Below, piece by piece: positions 22,639 through 32,609 of a stretch of 60,997 bases of DNA (its first letter is position 1; each line of letters begins with the position of its first letter). The notes below the pieces were generated by a model that saw only the letters and a list, made by a program, of their open reading frames with translations, did not search any database and was not told the origin of the DNA. Made by a program: the position numbers and the translations under genes. This stretch comes from Sphingomonadales bacterium (GTDB taxonomy: Bacteria > Pseudomonadota > Alphaproteobacteria > Sphingomonadales > Sphingomonadaceae): assembly GCA_013791705.1 (NCBI GenBank), contig VMTF01000025.1:1-60997 (forward strand), in the 5' to 3' direction.

Positions 22639-22758
22639 CGCCCGTTTCTAGCGCGGAAACGGCAAGCTGCAAAACGGTGCCGCAATAAAGTGCTTCTCGC
22701 GGCGCGGCTTACGCACTTGCCTTCGGCAGGCTTGCCCTATAGAGGCGCGGCTGCCCGC

Positions 22759-22834
22759 AGGAGTGTAGCTCAGTTGGTAGAGCATCGGTCTCCAAAACCG
22801 AGGGCCGTGGGTTCGAGTCCCTCCACTCCTGCCA
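22759..22834 (+). tRNA. trnW: tRNA-Trp (CCA)
   Basis: 76 nt AGGAGTG...CACTCCTGCCA; D-arm AGCTCAGTTGGTAGAGC; anticodon loop CTCCAAA; T-loop GTTCGAG. Confidence 0.97.
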
Positions 22835-22956
22835 GCTTTTCAGCAGAAATCCGGTTTCCCGAATTGGCCGGCCGTGCGACCGGCGTGCGGCGCTGGAATC
22901 CGGGCATCTTCGCGTGCCGGGCCGCCGGTCAGGCCATCGGTGAGACTGTGATTGTT

Positions 22957-22997
22957 ATTGCAAGCGGCTCGCAGTAGACTGATTGCGACTCACTGGG
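22957..22997. promoter_or_regulatory. Putative iron-regulator (Fur-type) box upstream of bfd
   Basis: Imperfect palindrome ATTGCAAGCGGCTCGCAGT followed by a half site ATTGCGACTCACT just before bfd-bfr. Confidence 0.5.
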
Positions 22998-23005
22998 AGC
23001 CGCCC

Positions 23006-23200
23006 ATGTATGTCTGCGTGTGCAATGCTATTCGCGAATCCGATCTGCGGGCCGCAGCGCGCGGTTGCCGCGGCGATGCGGCCGATCTCTATGCCAGCTT
23101 CGGCCAGATGCCCCAATGCGGGCAGTGTCTTGATGAAGTGGAGGAAATCCTGATCGAGGAGCGCCGATTCGCGCGGCTGCCGGTTCGCACGCCGGCTTGA
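23006..23200 (+). CDS. bfd: Bacterioferritin-associated ferredoxin
   Basis: MYVCVCNAI...CGQC; upstream of bfr. Confidence 0.92.
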   Translation: MYVCVCNAIRESDLRAAARGCRGDAADLYASFGQMPQCGQCLDEVEEILIEERRFARLPVRTPA

Positions 23201-23257
23201 CTTGCCGTCGGCGCCGCGCCGGCGCATAGTCCTTCAGGCGAAAACTTGGAGGCGACC

Positions 23258-23740
23258 ATGCAGGGTGACAAACAGGTCATCGACTTCCTGAACAAGGCAC
23301 TTCTCAACGAACTGACTGCGGTCAACCAGTATTGGCTGCATTTCCGGATGCTCGATAACTGGGGTGTCGCCAAACTCGCCGCGTTCGAACGGCACGAATC
23401 GATCGACGAAATGAAGCATGCCGACCGCCTGACGGAACGCATCCTGTTTCTCGAAGGCCTGCCCAACTTCCAGGCGCTGGGAAAACTCCACATCGGGGAA
23501 TCGGTGGAGGAAATCCTGAAGTGCGACCTGCTGCTGGAGCACGAGGCAATCCCCCTGCTCAAGGAAGCCATCGCCCATTGCGAGGCGGTGCGCGACTATG
23601 TGAGCCGCGACCTGTTCAGCGATATCCTCGAAAATGAGGAAGATCATGTCGATATGCTCGAAAAGCAGTTCGACCTGATCAAGCGTATGGGGCTGGAAAA
23701 CTACATCCAGCTCAACAGCAAGGCGCCGGAAGCGAGCTAG
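23258..23740 (+). CDS. bfr: Bacterioferritin
   Basis: [28 protein letters not shown]. Confidence 0.96.
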   Translation: MQGDKQVIDFLNKALLNELTAVNQYWLHFRMLDNWGVAKLAAFERHESIDEMKHADRLTERILFLEGLPNFQALGKLHIGESVEEILKCDLLLEHEAIPLLKEAIAHCEAVRDYVSRDLFSDILENEEDHVDMLEKQFDLIKRMGLENYIQLNSKAPEAS

Positions 23741-23865
23741 GGTCTGACCCTGGGGTCCGGCGGGCGGTGGGCATCCGTCGCATCCTTGCTTGCGAAAAGT
23801 TGCGGTTCCACTAGGGCATAAGGCCACAATCGTGCCGCAATCGCGCTGCCGCGATTACCCGCTCC

Positions 23866-25368
23866 GTGCCGGAAACGCTAAGCCCTGTGCTGTCACCCGA
23901 TCAGACCCAAACCGCAATTTCTCCCCGCCTGACGCGCTATCAGTTCGCGGCGATCGTGCTGCTGTGCGTCGCCGCCGGGCTGCCGGGCCTGCTCGCGCGT
24001 TATCCGCAGATGACCGACTATCCGGCGCATCTCGCGCGCTGGTACATCATGATCGACGATGGCCGCACGGCGGATCTGGCGCGCTATTATGCGTTCAAGT
24101 GGGCCTGGGCGGGCAACCTCGGGGTCGATATCCTGATCCGCCCGTTCGCGGCGCTGTTCGGGCTGGAGCAGGCCGGGCGGATGTTCGTGATCGCCATCCC
24201 GATGCTCGTCGCGGGCGGCTTGTTCACGGTCGAATGGACGCTGCGCCGGCGGATCGGGGTGGGGCCGCTGCTGGCGCTGGCAACGGTCTGGTCGCCTGCG
24301 CTGCTGATGGGTTTCCTCAATTTCGAGCTGGCGCTGGCGCTGGCGCTGTTGGCCTTCGCGCTCTGGGTCGGGATGGAAGGAAACCGTTGGCGCAAAGTGA
24401 TTTTCGTGCCGCTGGGCGCGCTTGTCTGGCTCTGCCACCAGTCGGGCTGGGGTGTACTCGGGGTGATGGTGTTCGGCTATGAATGGTCGCGCCAGCCGCG
24501 CAAGCGCGATGTCTGGCGCGCCGCGCTGGCCACCTGGCCGCTGTGGTTGCCGCTGCTCCCCACCCTGCTCGCCGGCCATCAGGCCAAGGGCTCGTTCGAT
24601 TATGGCCCGAACGTGCTGAAGGTGAAGTGGATGTTCTGGAAGGAAGCCCTGCGCGACCGGGTCCGCTACATCGATTATGCGACGATGATCCTGCTGCTGG
24701 CCTTGCCGCTGGTGGCGATCTGGTTCCGCCGGCTTGACGGGCGGCTGGCCTGGGCCGGGCTGATCTGCCTGGTGCTGTCGCTGATCGTCCCGCGCCACCT
24801 TGGCGGCGGGGATCTGGCCGATTTGCGCCTGATCGCGGTCGGGCTGATGCTGCTGGCCCTGGCGATCGACTGGCGGCCGAGCCGAAAAGTGATGTGGATA
24901 GCGCTCGCGCCGTTCGCCCTCAGGCTTGCGCTCACCTCGATCATCTGGGCGGTCCATTCAGCCAATGTCGGCGGAATGATGGGCGCGCTCGACCGGATCC
25001 CGCGCGGCGCCAAAGTCGCGGTGGCGGTGCGCGAGGAATCCTCGCTGTGGGCCCAGCCGCTGTACGGCCATCTCGGCTGCTATGCGACGGTCCGGCGCGA
25101 TGCACTGGTCAATAGCCACTTTGCGATTTCCGGGGTTCATATGCTCACGCTCACGCCGCAGGCGTGGCACTGGGTCGATCCCTCGCAACGCATCTTCGCG
25201 CGCAAGGGCCGCTCGGTGGACCTGACCGGGTTCAGGCCGGCGGACGACGCCGACTACTTGTGGTACTTCGGCAAGTATCCGCCGGAACGGATGCCGGAGG
25301 GGGCGCAGGTGATCTATCGCACCAAGCACTCGCTGCTGGCGCGGCTCGTGCGCAAACGGCCGGATTGA
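23866..25368 (+). CDS. Polytopic membrane protein, putative GT-C-fold glycosyltransferase (paralogue 1)
   Basis: Many TM segments; loop motif QMTDYPAHLAR; GFLNF; soluble C-terminal domain. Confidence 0.55.
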   Translation: MPETLSPVLSPDQTQTAISPRLTRYQFAAIVLLCVAAGLPGLLARYPQMTDYPAHLARWYIMIDDGRTADLARYYAFKWAWAGNLGVDILIRPFAALFGLEQAGRMFVIAIPMLVAGGLFTVEWTLRRRIGVGPLLALATVWSPALLMGFLNFELALALALLAFALWVGMEGNRWRKVIFVPLGALVWLCHQSGWGVLGVMVFGYEWSRQPRKRDVWRAALATWPLWLPLLPTLLAGHQAKGSFDYGPNVLKVKWMFWKEALRDRVRYIDYATMILLLALPLVAIWFRRLDGRLAWAGLICLVLSLIVPRHLGGGDLADLRLIAVGLMLLALAIDWRPSRKVMWIALAPFALRLALTSIIWAVHSANVGGMMGALDRIPRGAKVAVAVREESSLWAQPLYGHLGCYATVRRDALVNSHFAISGVHMLTLTPQAWHWVDPSQRIFARKGRSVDLTGFRPADDADYLWYFGKYPPERMPEGAQVIYRTKHSLLARLVRKRPD

Positions 25369-25385
25369 ACGAAAAAGGGCACGGG

Positions 25386-26843
25386 ATGATTGATGCGGCG
25401 CGGGTGAGGGGGAGCACCGTCAGAACGGGTTTCGCGCTCCTGCTCGCCGTGCTGGCCGCGCTGCCGGGGCTGGTCGCGCGTTATCCGCAGATGGCCGATT
25501 ATCCAGCGCATCTGGCGCGCTGGCACATCATGCTCGATCAGGGCCGCAGTCCGTGGCTGGCTCGCTACTATGCGATCGACTGGCACTGGATTCCCAATCT
25601 CGGGGTCGATCTGCTGATCGGGCCGCTGGCCGGGCTGTTCGGCTTGACCGCCGCCGGCCGCATTGTCGTGATCGCCATCCCGCTGCTCACCGGCCTGGGC
25701 CTCGTCGCGGTCGATCGCGCGCTCGGGCGGCGGGTCGGGGTGGGGACAGTGCTCGCGTTCTGCACCATCTGGTCGCCCGCCCTGCTGATGGGCTTCCTGA
25801 ACTTTTCCCTGGCGGCGGCGCTGGCCTTGCTGGCTCTGGCGTTATGGCTGACGGCCGAGGGCAAGTCTTGGCGGGCGCCGGCGTTCGTCGTGATCGCGCC
25901 ATTGCTCTGGCTGTGTCACTTGTCCGGCTGGGCCGCGCTGGGCGTGATGGTATTTGCGTGTGAATGGGACCGGCGCGGATTCCTGCGCGCGATCCCGGCG
26001 ACCTGGCCGCTGTGGCCGCCCTTCGCACTCTCGTTGCTCACAGGTTCCGGCAGTGCCGGCGCTCTCTCCTATGGCGATGGCGTGGTGATCGACAAGCTGT
26101 CCAACTGGGTCAAGGCACTGTGCGATCAGGATTTCCGGGCAGACCTCCTGGTCACGGCGCTGCTCATCGCCGTGCCGCTCGTCGCCCTGGGGCGCGGCCG
26201 GATCGATTGGCGCATGGGCCGGGCCGCGCTGCTGTTTGCGGCGCTGTCGCTGCTGCTGCCGCGTCATCTGGGCGGGGGCGATTTTGCCGACTACCGGCTG
26301 GTTCCATTGGCGCTGATGGCGTGGTGCATGGCGATCCGCTGGGAAGGCCCGGTCTGGCTGCTGGCGGTCGCGGCGCTCCCGTTCGTGGGGCGACTCGCGA
26401 TCACGACCGTAGCCTGGGAGCGCAACTCGCAGGAGACGGCGCGGATTCTCACCGCGCTCGATCGGCTTCCGCCGGGCGCGCGGGTGGCGGGCGTGATCGC
26501 GGAGGAGGGCAGCGCCTGGGCGCAGCCGGTCTTCACCCATGTCCACGGCTGGGCGGTGGTCCGCAAGGACGCGCTGACCAACAGCAATTTCGCGATTCCG
26601 GGCGTTCATATGCTGCGCGTGCGCGGCGAGGACCCGGCGGTGTTCGCGGACCCCGCGCAGCGTATCTTCGTTCGCCCCGGCGAGCGGCCTGATCTGGCGA
26701 CATTTCCCGCCGCCGCGCGGGCCGACTGGTTGTGGTATGTCGGGCCAGGCGAGCCGCTGCGGCTGCCGGACGGGGCGCGGGTCGTCCATCGCACTTCGCA
26801 TTCGCTGCTGGCGCGTCTTGCCAATCCGCCGGTTCGTCGCTAA
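25386..26843 (+). CDS. Polytopic membrane protein, putative GT-C-fold glycosyltransferase (paralogue 2)
   Basis: Colinear similarity to the upstream gene (QMADYPAHLARW, WSPALLMGFLNF, PRHLGGGD, HSLLARL). Confidence 0.55.
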   Translation: MIDAARVRGSTVRTGFALLLAVLAALPGLVARYPQMADYPAHLARWHIMLDQGRSPWLARYYAIDWHWIPNLGVDLLIGPLAGLFGLTAAGRIVVIAIPLLTGLGLVAVDRALGRRVGVGTVLAFCTIWSPALLMGFLNFSLAAALALLALALWLTAEGKSWRAPAFVVIAPLLWLCHLSGWAALGVMVFACEWDRRGFLRAIPATWPLWPPFALSLLTGSGSAGALSYGDGVVIDKLSNWVKALCDQDFRADLLVTALLIAVPLVALGRGRIDWRMGRAALLFAALSLLLPRHLGGGDFADYRLVPLALMAWCMAIRWEGPVWLLAVAALPFVGRLAITTVAWERNSQETARILTALDRLPPGARVAGVIAEEGSAWAQPVFTHVHGWAVVRKDALTNSNFAIPGVHMLRVRGEDPAVFADPAQRIFVRPGERPDLATFPAAARADWLWYVGPGEPLRLPDGARVVHRTSHSLLARLANPPVRR

Positions 26844-26980
26844 CTGGGCGCTACTCCCGACATCGGAGACCTGATGCCCCTCCCGGTTGCCGCACAAGGC
26901 GCCGGGGCGGCGCTGTCCCCGTGGCGGAAGACGCGGTTTCGAATTCGCAGCAGATTTTTTTCGAGGAAGAGCGCGCAGTC

Positions 26981-27175
26981 ATGGCCAAGATCAACCCCGG
27001 CGAATTTGTCCGCCAGGTCCAGGCCGAAGGCCGCAAGGTCGTCTGGCCGACCCGGCAGGAAACCGTCACCACGGCGATTTTCGTCGCGATCATGATGGTC
27101 CTGCTCGCGGTGTTCTTCCTTGGCGTCGATACGCTGTTCGGCGAAATCGTGCGCTGGCTGCTGTCGCTGGCCTGA
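26981..27175 (+). CDS. secE: Preprotein translocase subunit SecE
   Basis: KVVWPTRQE followed by one TM; upstream of nusG. Confidence 0.95.
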   Translation: MAKINPGEFVRQVQAEGRKVVWPTRQETVTTAIFVAIMMVLLAVFFLGVDTLFGEIVRWLLSLA

Positions 27176-27219
27176 TGGCGGAACTGGCAGCAACCCACGT
27201 TCAGGGACGAGAGAGAAGC

Positions 27220-27756
27220 ATGACTCGCTGGTACATCATCCACGCCTATTCGGGCTTCGAGAACAAGGTGCGGGATTCGATCCTCGCCGAGGCGGAGCGC
27301 AAGGGGCTGACGCCGCTGGTCGAGGAGGTCGAAGTGCCGACCGAAACCATCACCGAAGTCAAGCGCGGCAAGAAAGTCCAGGTCGAACGCAAGTTCATGC
27401 CCGGCTATGTGCTGGCCAAGCTGAACCTGACCGACGATGTCTATCACCTCGTCAAGAACACCCCGAAGGTCACCGGCTTCCTCGGCCCGAACGGCAAGCC
27501 GCAGGCGATCAGCGACCGCGAGGCCGCGCGCTACTTCGGCGCGCGCGATCAGGCGGCCGCCCAGCCGCGCCGCGAAGTTTCGGTCGATTACGAGATCGGC
27601 GATCAGGTCAAGGTCAATGCCGGACCTTTCGCCAGCTTCAACGGGGTCGTGGAAGAGCTCGATTTCGACAAGCAGCGCGTCACTGTGGCGGTGTCGATCT
27701 TCGGCCGCGCCACCCCGGTCGAACTGGGCTTCGAGGAAGTTGAACTGGTCAAGTGA
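27220..27756 (+). CDS. nusG: Transcription termination/antitermination factor NusG
   Basis: [40 protein letters not shown]. Confidence 0.97.
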   Translation: MTRWYIIHAYSGFENKVRDSILAEAERKGLTPLVEEVEVPTETITEVKRGKKVQVERKFMPGYVLAKLNLTDDVYHLVKNTPKVTGFLGPNGKPQAISDREAARYFGARDQAAAQPRREVSVDYEIGDQVKVNAGPFASFNGVVEELDFDKQRVTVAVSIFGRATPVELGFEEVELVK

Positions 27757-27857
27757 GCGGCGGGGCTCATGCCGCGCGGGAATTGCCGCGCCGCACGACC
27801 CGGCGCGAACTCCTCGCGTTAACCAGATGCCAAGCGTGACCGGCTAGGAGTTCCCGT

Positions 27858-28931
27858 ATGGGGAACTCGATGGCGCACGCGCACGATCAGCACCACGCCG
27901 GAATCGTCCGCCTCGGGCGGCTTGACGGCTTGCGCGGGATTGCGGCGTGCGGGGTCGCCTTCACTTACCATTCCACCGGGCTGTTCGCCGACGGGGCGCT
28001 CGCATCGACCAATCCGGTGGTGCACTGGCTGCATTGGTCGGGCTGGCTGTTCGTGGACATGTTCTTCGTGCTGTCGGGCTATATTTTCGCCCACGTCTAT
28101 CTCGGGCGTAACGCATTGAAGAACGGGACGGATCTTGCCGATTTCGGGATTGCCCGGGTCGCGCGGCTCTATCCGCTGCACCTGCTGATGCTGCTTCTCA
28201 CGGTAGCACTGTTCTGGAGCAAGCCTGAGAACACGGTACTCGCGTTCGGGGCTCACCTGGTGATGCTGCAGGCGCTGGTTCCTCCGGTCGCGCAGACGTT
28301 TAACGGACCCACCTGGTCGCTCTCGGTCGAGGCAATGTGCTATGTGCTGTTCGCGATGGGGGCGGCGGCTGGTCCAAGGGCGCTGCGGCTGGTGACCGGC
28401 CTCGCGATTTTTCTCGCACTCTTCATGATCGTCAGCAACGCCGCGCCGGAAGGTCCCTATGTGCGCGACAATTTTCCGCGCGGATTGCTGGGCTTCTTTC
28501 TTGGCCAGGTGCTGTGGCATCAGCGCGCGCGCCTCGCCGGGGTGCCGGGCTGGGTGCTGGCCGGGCTGATCGTCGCCGGCCTGGCGATCCCGCCTGCGGC
28601 ATTCGGCGCGATCCTGCCGCTGGTCCTGCTGACGTTTCCGGCCGTGCTGCTGCTCGGTCTGCGCCTCCGGTGGCTCGAAAGCCGGCCGCTGATCTGGCTG
28701 GGCGACCGCTCCTACGCGATCTACCTCGTTCATCTCCCGCTGCGCGATCTGTTCCTCGAGCTGTCCGGCCCGCTTGGCGGCAGCGCGGCCGAAATCGTGC
28801 TGGGCCACGCGCTGTTCATTGCCGTGACCCTGCTGCTCTCGGACCTTGCGCTGCGGTTTGTCGAGATGCCGGCCCGGCGGGCGATCCGTGCCGGCTGGGA
28901 CCGGCGCAGCCAGCGCGCCGCGCTCGCCTGA
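27858..28931 (+). CDS. Acyltransferase-3 (OafA-like) membrane O-acyltransferase
   Basis: LDGLRGIAA, VDMFFVLSGY, R.ARLYP, WSLSVE, LGDRSYAIYLVH, VE.P. Confidence 0.9.
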   Translation: MGNSMAHAHDQHHAGIVRLGRLDGLRGIAACGVAFTYHSTGLFADGALASTNPVVHWLHWSGWLFVDMFFVLSGYIFAHVYLGRNALKNGTDLADFGIARVARLYPLHLLMLLLTVALFWSKPENTVLAFGAHLVMLQALVPPVAQTFNGPTWSLSVEAMCYVLFAMGAAAGPRALRLVTGLAIFLALFMIVSNAAPEGPYVRDNFPRGLLGFFLGQVLWHQRARLAGVPGWVLAGLIVAGLAIPPAAFGAILPLVLLTFPAVLLLGLRLRWLESRPLIWLGDRSYAIYLVHLPLRDLFLELSGPLGGSAAEIVLGHALFIAVTLLLSDLALRFVEMPARRAIRAGWDRRSQRAALA

Positions 28932-29046
28932 GGCCTTGCCCTGCTCGCCGGACGAGGGCGCGCCGACCTGCGAAATTCCTTGGCTTTTGCCGCTCGTTGG
29001 GCTAGGCGCGCGGCCTTCGCGGTGGGAACCATCCACCGTGATTCCG

Positions 29047-29080
29047 AGCGGGAGGGCGCTTCGGCGTCTGCTTGACCGCT
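29047..29080 (+). promoter_or_regulatory. Putative L1-binding leader hairpin of rplK-rplA
   Basis: AGCGGGAG-GGCGC TTCG GCGTCT-GCTTGACCGCT stem with a GGGAG internal loop about 50 nt before rplK. Confidence 0.55.
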
Positions 29081-29127
29081 CACTCTGAGCCTCGCCGTGC
29101 GGGGCAACAGGAAGAAAGGAGGCCCCA

Positions 29128-29559
29128 GTGGCCAAGAAAATCGAAGGTTACATCAAGCTGCAGGTCGCAGCCGGTGCCGCCAACCCGTCGCCGCCGATCG
29201 GTCCTGCGCTGGGTCAACGCGGTGTCAACATCATGGAATTCTGCAAGGCGTTCAACGCCGCCACGCAGGAACTGGAAAAGGGCATGCCGATCCCGACGGT
29301 CATCACCGTCTATTCGGACCGTTCGTTCAGCTTCATCACCAAGACGCCGCCGGCCAGCTTCCTGATCAAGAAGGCCGCCAACCTCAAGTCGGGCTCGAAG
29401 GAGCCGGGCAAGGTTTCGGCCGGATCAATCAAGCGCTCGCAGCTCGCCGAGATCGCCCAGACCAAGATGGCGGACCTCAACGCGAACGATATCGAACAGG
29501 CGACGAAGATCATCGAAGGCTCCGCGCGTTCGATGGGCCTTCAGGTTGTGGAGGGCTGA
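29128..29559 (+). CDS. rplK: 50S ribosomal protein L11
   Basis: [26 protein letters not shown]. Confidence 0.98.
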   Translation: MAKKIEGYIKLQVAAGAANPSPPIGPALGQRGVNIMEFCKAFNAATQELEKGMPIPTVITVYSDRSFSFITKTPPASFLIKKAANLKSGSKEPGKVSAGSIKRSQLAEIAQTKMADLNANDIEQATKIIEGSARSMGLQVVEG

Positions 29560-29563
29560 TCAC

Positions 29564-30265
29564 ATGGCACAGCAGACCAAAAAGCAGAAGTCCCTGGCCG
29601 AAAAGCTCGGCGACAACCAGAAGCTCTACGGCGTCGATGAGGCGATCCAGCTCCTCAAGGATCTGAAGACCACCAAGTTCGACGAGAGCATTGAAGTCGC
29701 GCTGAACCTCGGCGTCGATCCGCGCCATGCCGACCAGATGGTTCGCGGCATGGTCACGTTGCCTTCGGGCACCGGCAAGGACGTCAAGGTCGCCGTGTTC
29801 GCGCGCGGCGACAAGGCCGAGGCCGCACTTGCCGCCGGCGCCGACAAGGTCGGTGCGGAAGACCTGCTGGAAGACATGCAGGCCGGCAATCTCGATTATG
29901 GCCGCGTCATCGCGACGCCGGACATGATGGGCATCGTCGGCCGTCTCGGCAAGGTGCTCGGTCCCAAGGGCCTGATGCCGAACCCGAAGCTCGGCACGGT
30001 CACGCCGAACGTCGCCGAAGCGGTCAAGGCAGCCAAGGGCGGCCAGATCGAATTCCGCGTCGAGAAGGCGGGCATCATCCACGGCGGCATCGGCAAGATG
30101 AGCTTCACGAATGATGCGCTGCGCGTCAATTTCGAAGCGTTCGTCGATGCGGTGGTCAAGTCCAAGCCGGCCGGCGCCAAGGGCAAGTACCTGCAGAAGG
30201 TCGGCCTGTCGTCGTCGATGGGGCCGGGCCTGAAGATCGACCTCGCCGAAGTGCAGGGCGGCTGA
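29564..30265 (+). CDS. rplA: 50S ribosomal protein L1
   Basis: [30 protein letters not shown]. Confidence 0.98.
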   Translation: MAQQTKKQKSLAEKLGDNQKLYGVDEAIQLLKDLKTTKFDESIEVALNLGVDPRHADQMVRGMVTLPSGTGKDVKVAVFARGDKAEAALAAGADKVGAEDLLEDMQAGNLDYGRVIATPDMMGIVGRLGKVLGPKGLMPNPKLGTVTPNVAEAVKAAKGGQIEFRVEKAGIIHGGIGKMSFTNDALRVNFEAFVDAVVKSKPAGAKGKYLQKVGLSSSMGPGLKIDLAEVQGG

Positions 30266-30293
30266 TCCGGTCAGCCCGAACGGCACGCGAATC

Positions 30294-30324
30294 AAGGGGC
30301 CGGGGGGAAACCTCCGGCCCTTTT
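30294..30324 (+). terminator. Intrinsic terminator after rplA
   Basis: AAGGGGCCGGGGG-GAAA-CCTCCGGCCCTTTT. Confidence 0.8.
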
Positions 30325-30368
30325 CGTGTCCGGCCCTTTTCGTGTCCTTGGCGCCGGCTCCGGCCCGG

Positions 30369-31127
30369 CTAGATCCCGCCGGGAACCGCGTCGCGTCCGG
30401 AGGCCTTGAGCCCGGCGACCAGGTCCGCCGTGCAGGCCGCCAGCTTGTCCGCGTCGGTCGAGCGGATCACGAAGTTCGCGCCGGTCTTGCCTTCGCGCCA
30501 AAACGGGTAGGAGCCGATCTGGCAGCTTTCATGCGCCTGCTCGGTCGCCCGCAGCAGGTCGGCGACGTCGCTTTCGCCGACCCAGCAGCCGATCGTCTCC
30601 GACAGCAGCGGCGCGCCGCCTTCCAGCGTGCCGGTCAGCGCCTCGAGCATGCCGGCGGTTATCGAAGGCACGCCTGCCATGATGAAGATGTTGTCGACCC
30701 GGATACCCGGAGCGCCGGTGAAGCGATTGGGAATGAGGTCAGCGCCGTCCGGCACGCGCGCCATCCGCAGCCGCGCCTCGGTCAGCCCGCCGCGCGTTTC
30801 GTAATAGCGCCCGAGGATGGCCCGCGCATCCGGGTGGATGATGACCCCAACGCCCAGCGCCTCGGCGATCGCATCGACGGTAATGTCGTCGTGAGTCGGG
30901 CCGATCCCGCCGGTGGTGAACAGATAATCGTTGCGCGCGCGCAGCGTGTTCACCGCCTCGACGATCGCCGCGGTATTGTCGGCCACCACGCGCACTTCCT
31001 TCAGGCGGATGCCCTGCACCTGCAACCACGCCGCCACTTGCGAAATGTTCCTGTCGTGCGTGCGGCCCGACAGGATCTCGTCACCGATGACGATGAGCGC
31101 GGCGGTAAAGATGCGTGAATTGACCAT
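30369..31127 (-). CDS. CinA-like molybdopterin-binding (MoCF_biosynth) protein
   Basis: IGDEILSGRT.D.N, TTGGIGPTHDDIT, AGVP. Confidence 0.9.
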   Translation of the reverse strand: MVNSRIFTAALIVIGDEILSGRTHDRNISQVAAWLQVQGIRLKEVRVVADNTAAIVEAVNTLRARNDYLFTTGGIGPTHDDITVDAIAEALGVGVIIHPDARAILGRYYETRGGLTEARLRMARVPDGADLIPNRFTGAPGIRVDNIFIMAGVPSITAGMLEALTGTLEGGAPLLSETIGCWVGESDVADLLRATEQAHESCQIGSYPFWREGKTGANFVIRSTDADKLAACTADLVAGLKASGRDAVPGGI

Positions 31128-31252
31128 GTCCGATGGTTAAGTCAGCGCGGCGGGTTCGACAAGCCACACGCACGCGCTCTTTGGTGCAGATTGTCGGCCG
31201 GGCGCGGTTCGCGCGGTTGCCAGAGCATCAGGAGTTTGCCAGACCGCACGCC

Positions 31253-32227
31253 ATGCCGATCGTTACCGCGCGCCGCTATTCTTCCGGGACGACCGAACTG
31301 CACGCGCTGGCCATTGATGGCGGCCCCCGCAGCACGCTCCCGCCGCACACGTTCGACTGGGTCGGGCTATACGATCCGGCGCCTGAGGAAATGGACGCCG
31401 TGCGTCGCCAGTTCGGCCTTCATCCACTCGCGGTGGAGGATGCGACCAGCCCGACCCAACTGCCCAAGGTCGATGTCTATGGCCGGCTGCTGTTCATCGT
31501 CGCGCGCACCGCCGAACTCGATGAGGGCGAGAAGATCGCTTACGGGCAGACCGCGCTGTTCCTCGGGCCGGACTATCTCGTCACCGTCCGGTTCGGGTCG
31601 ACCCGCGCCCACTCCCCGATCCGCCACCGGCTCGAAGCCAACCAGGAGCGCTTGGCCGAAGGGGCGGACTATGTCGCCCACGCGATCCTCGATTTCATCG
31701 TCGACGGGTTCCAGCCGATCATCGATCGCTTCGAGGAGCGGGTGCAGACGATGGAGGAACACGCGATCGATTCGTTCCCGCAGCCCTCCACGATCCGGCG
31801 GATCTTCCGCCTGCGCCGCCAGATCCGCCGATTCGAACGGATCGTCGGCCCGATGGACGCGATGTGCCAGCGCCTCTCCACCACCGAATTGCCGAATATC
31901 GATCCGGCCGCCCACGTCTGGTTTCGCGATGTGCTCGATCACGTCCGGCGGGCGATGGCGCGGATGCGCGGGCTCAAGGAAACCCTGGAGAGCATCGTCG
32001 AAACCGCGAGCCTGCTCGAACAGCACCGCCAGGGCATGATGACCCGCCAACTCGCCGCCTGGGCCGCGATTCTGGCCGTGCCCACTGCGATTGCCGGGAT
32101 CTACGGGATGAACTTCCAGTTCATGCCGGAACTCCACTGGCGCTATGGCTACTTTCTGGCACTCGGGCTGAGCTTCGGCTCGTGCGGGGGGCTCTGGTGG
32201 CAATTCCGCCGGATCGGGTGGCTTTAG
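31253..32227 (+). CDS. corA: CorA-family Mg/Co transporter
   Basis: LHPLAVED, PKVD.Y, IAGIYGMNF.FMPEL.W. Confidence 0.92.
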   Translation: MPIVTARRYSSGTTELHALAIDGGPRSTLPPHTFDWVGLYDPAPEEMDAVRRQFGLHPLAVEDATSPTQLPKVDVYGRLLFIVARTAELDEGEKIAYGQTALFLGPDYLVTVRFGSTRAHSPIRHRLEANQERLAEGADYVAHAILDFIVDGFQPIIDRFEERVQTMEEHAIDSFPQPSTIRRIFRLRRQIRRFERIVGPMDAMCQRLSTTELPNIDPAAHVWFRDVLDHVRRAMARMRGLKETLESIVETASLLEQHRQGMMTRQLAAWAAILAVPTAIAGIYGMNFQFMPELHWRYGYFLALGLSFGSCGGLWWQFRRIGWL

Positions 32228-32436
32228 GGGCAGTGGCTGTCGGGCGCATCGGGCCGCCTCGCTGCCGATGATCGGGTGGTGCGATCTGCACCCTGGCAAT
32301 TGCCGGGAACGTTGCGCCAATCGAAAGGCAGGCGGCGCGCGCGTTTCCGGTCGCTATGCCGGTGTTCGTACAGTCATGCGCTCCGGGCATCGCCTGCTGA
32401 ACGTGCCGGAACCCGATCAATACACTGAATACAGGC

Positions 32437-32503
32437 AAAAAATGGCCCGGTCGTTGCCGACCGGGCCTTGGAAGTTTTGGGAGAGGATGCCTGAAAGGCC
32501 TGT
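32437..32503 (-). ncRNA. Small RNA, probably suhB/alpha-r8 (MmgR-like) family; 5' end approximate
   Basis: Minus strand GCCTTTCAGGC-ATCCTCTCCCAAAACTT-terminator GGCCCGGTCG GCAA CGACCGGGCC-ATTTTTT; TTGCAG -35-like box at 32529-32534. Confidence 0.6.
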
Positions 32504-32609
32504 CCTGTATGTCCCCGACTCAGGTTTGCTGCAAGTGCGAAAGAGGCGACATCAGTTGCATACTTTGCAATTGACGGATCGTCAGGTTTTCAAAACTGTG
32601 AAATTCCGC

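Noticed and set aside
31133-31140. CtrA half-site ATGGTTAA, and other GTTAA words near 13149, 17672 and 27818
   Set aside because: No TTAA-N7-TTAA full site; the 31133 copy fits better as the -10 region of a leaderless cinA-like gene
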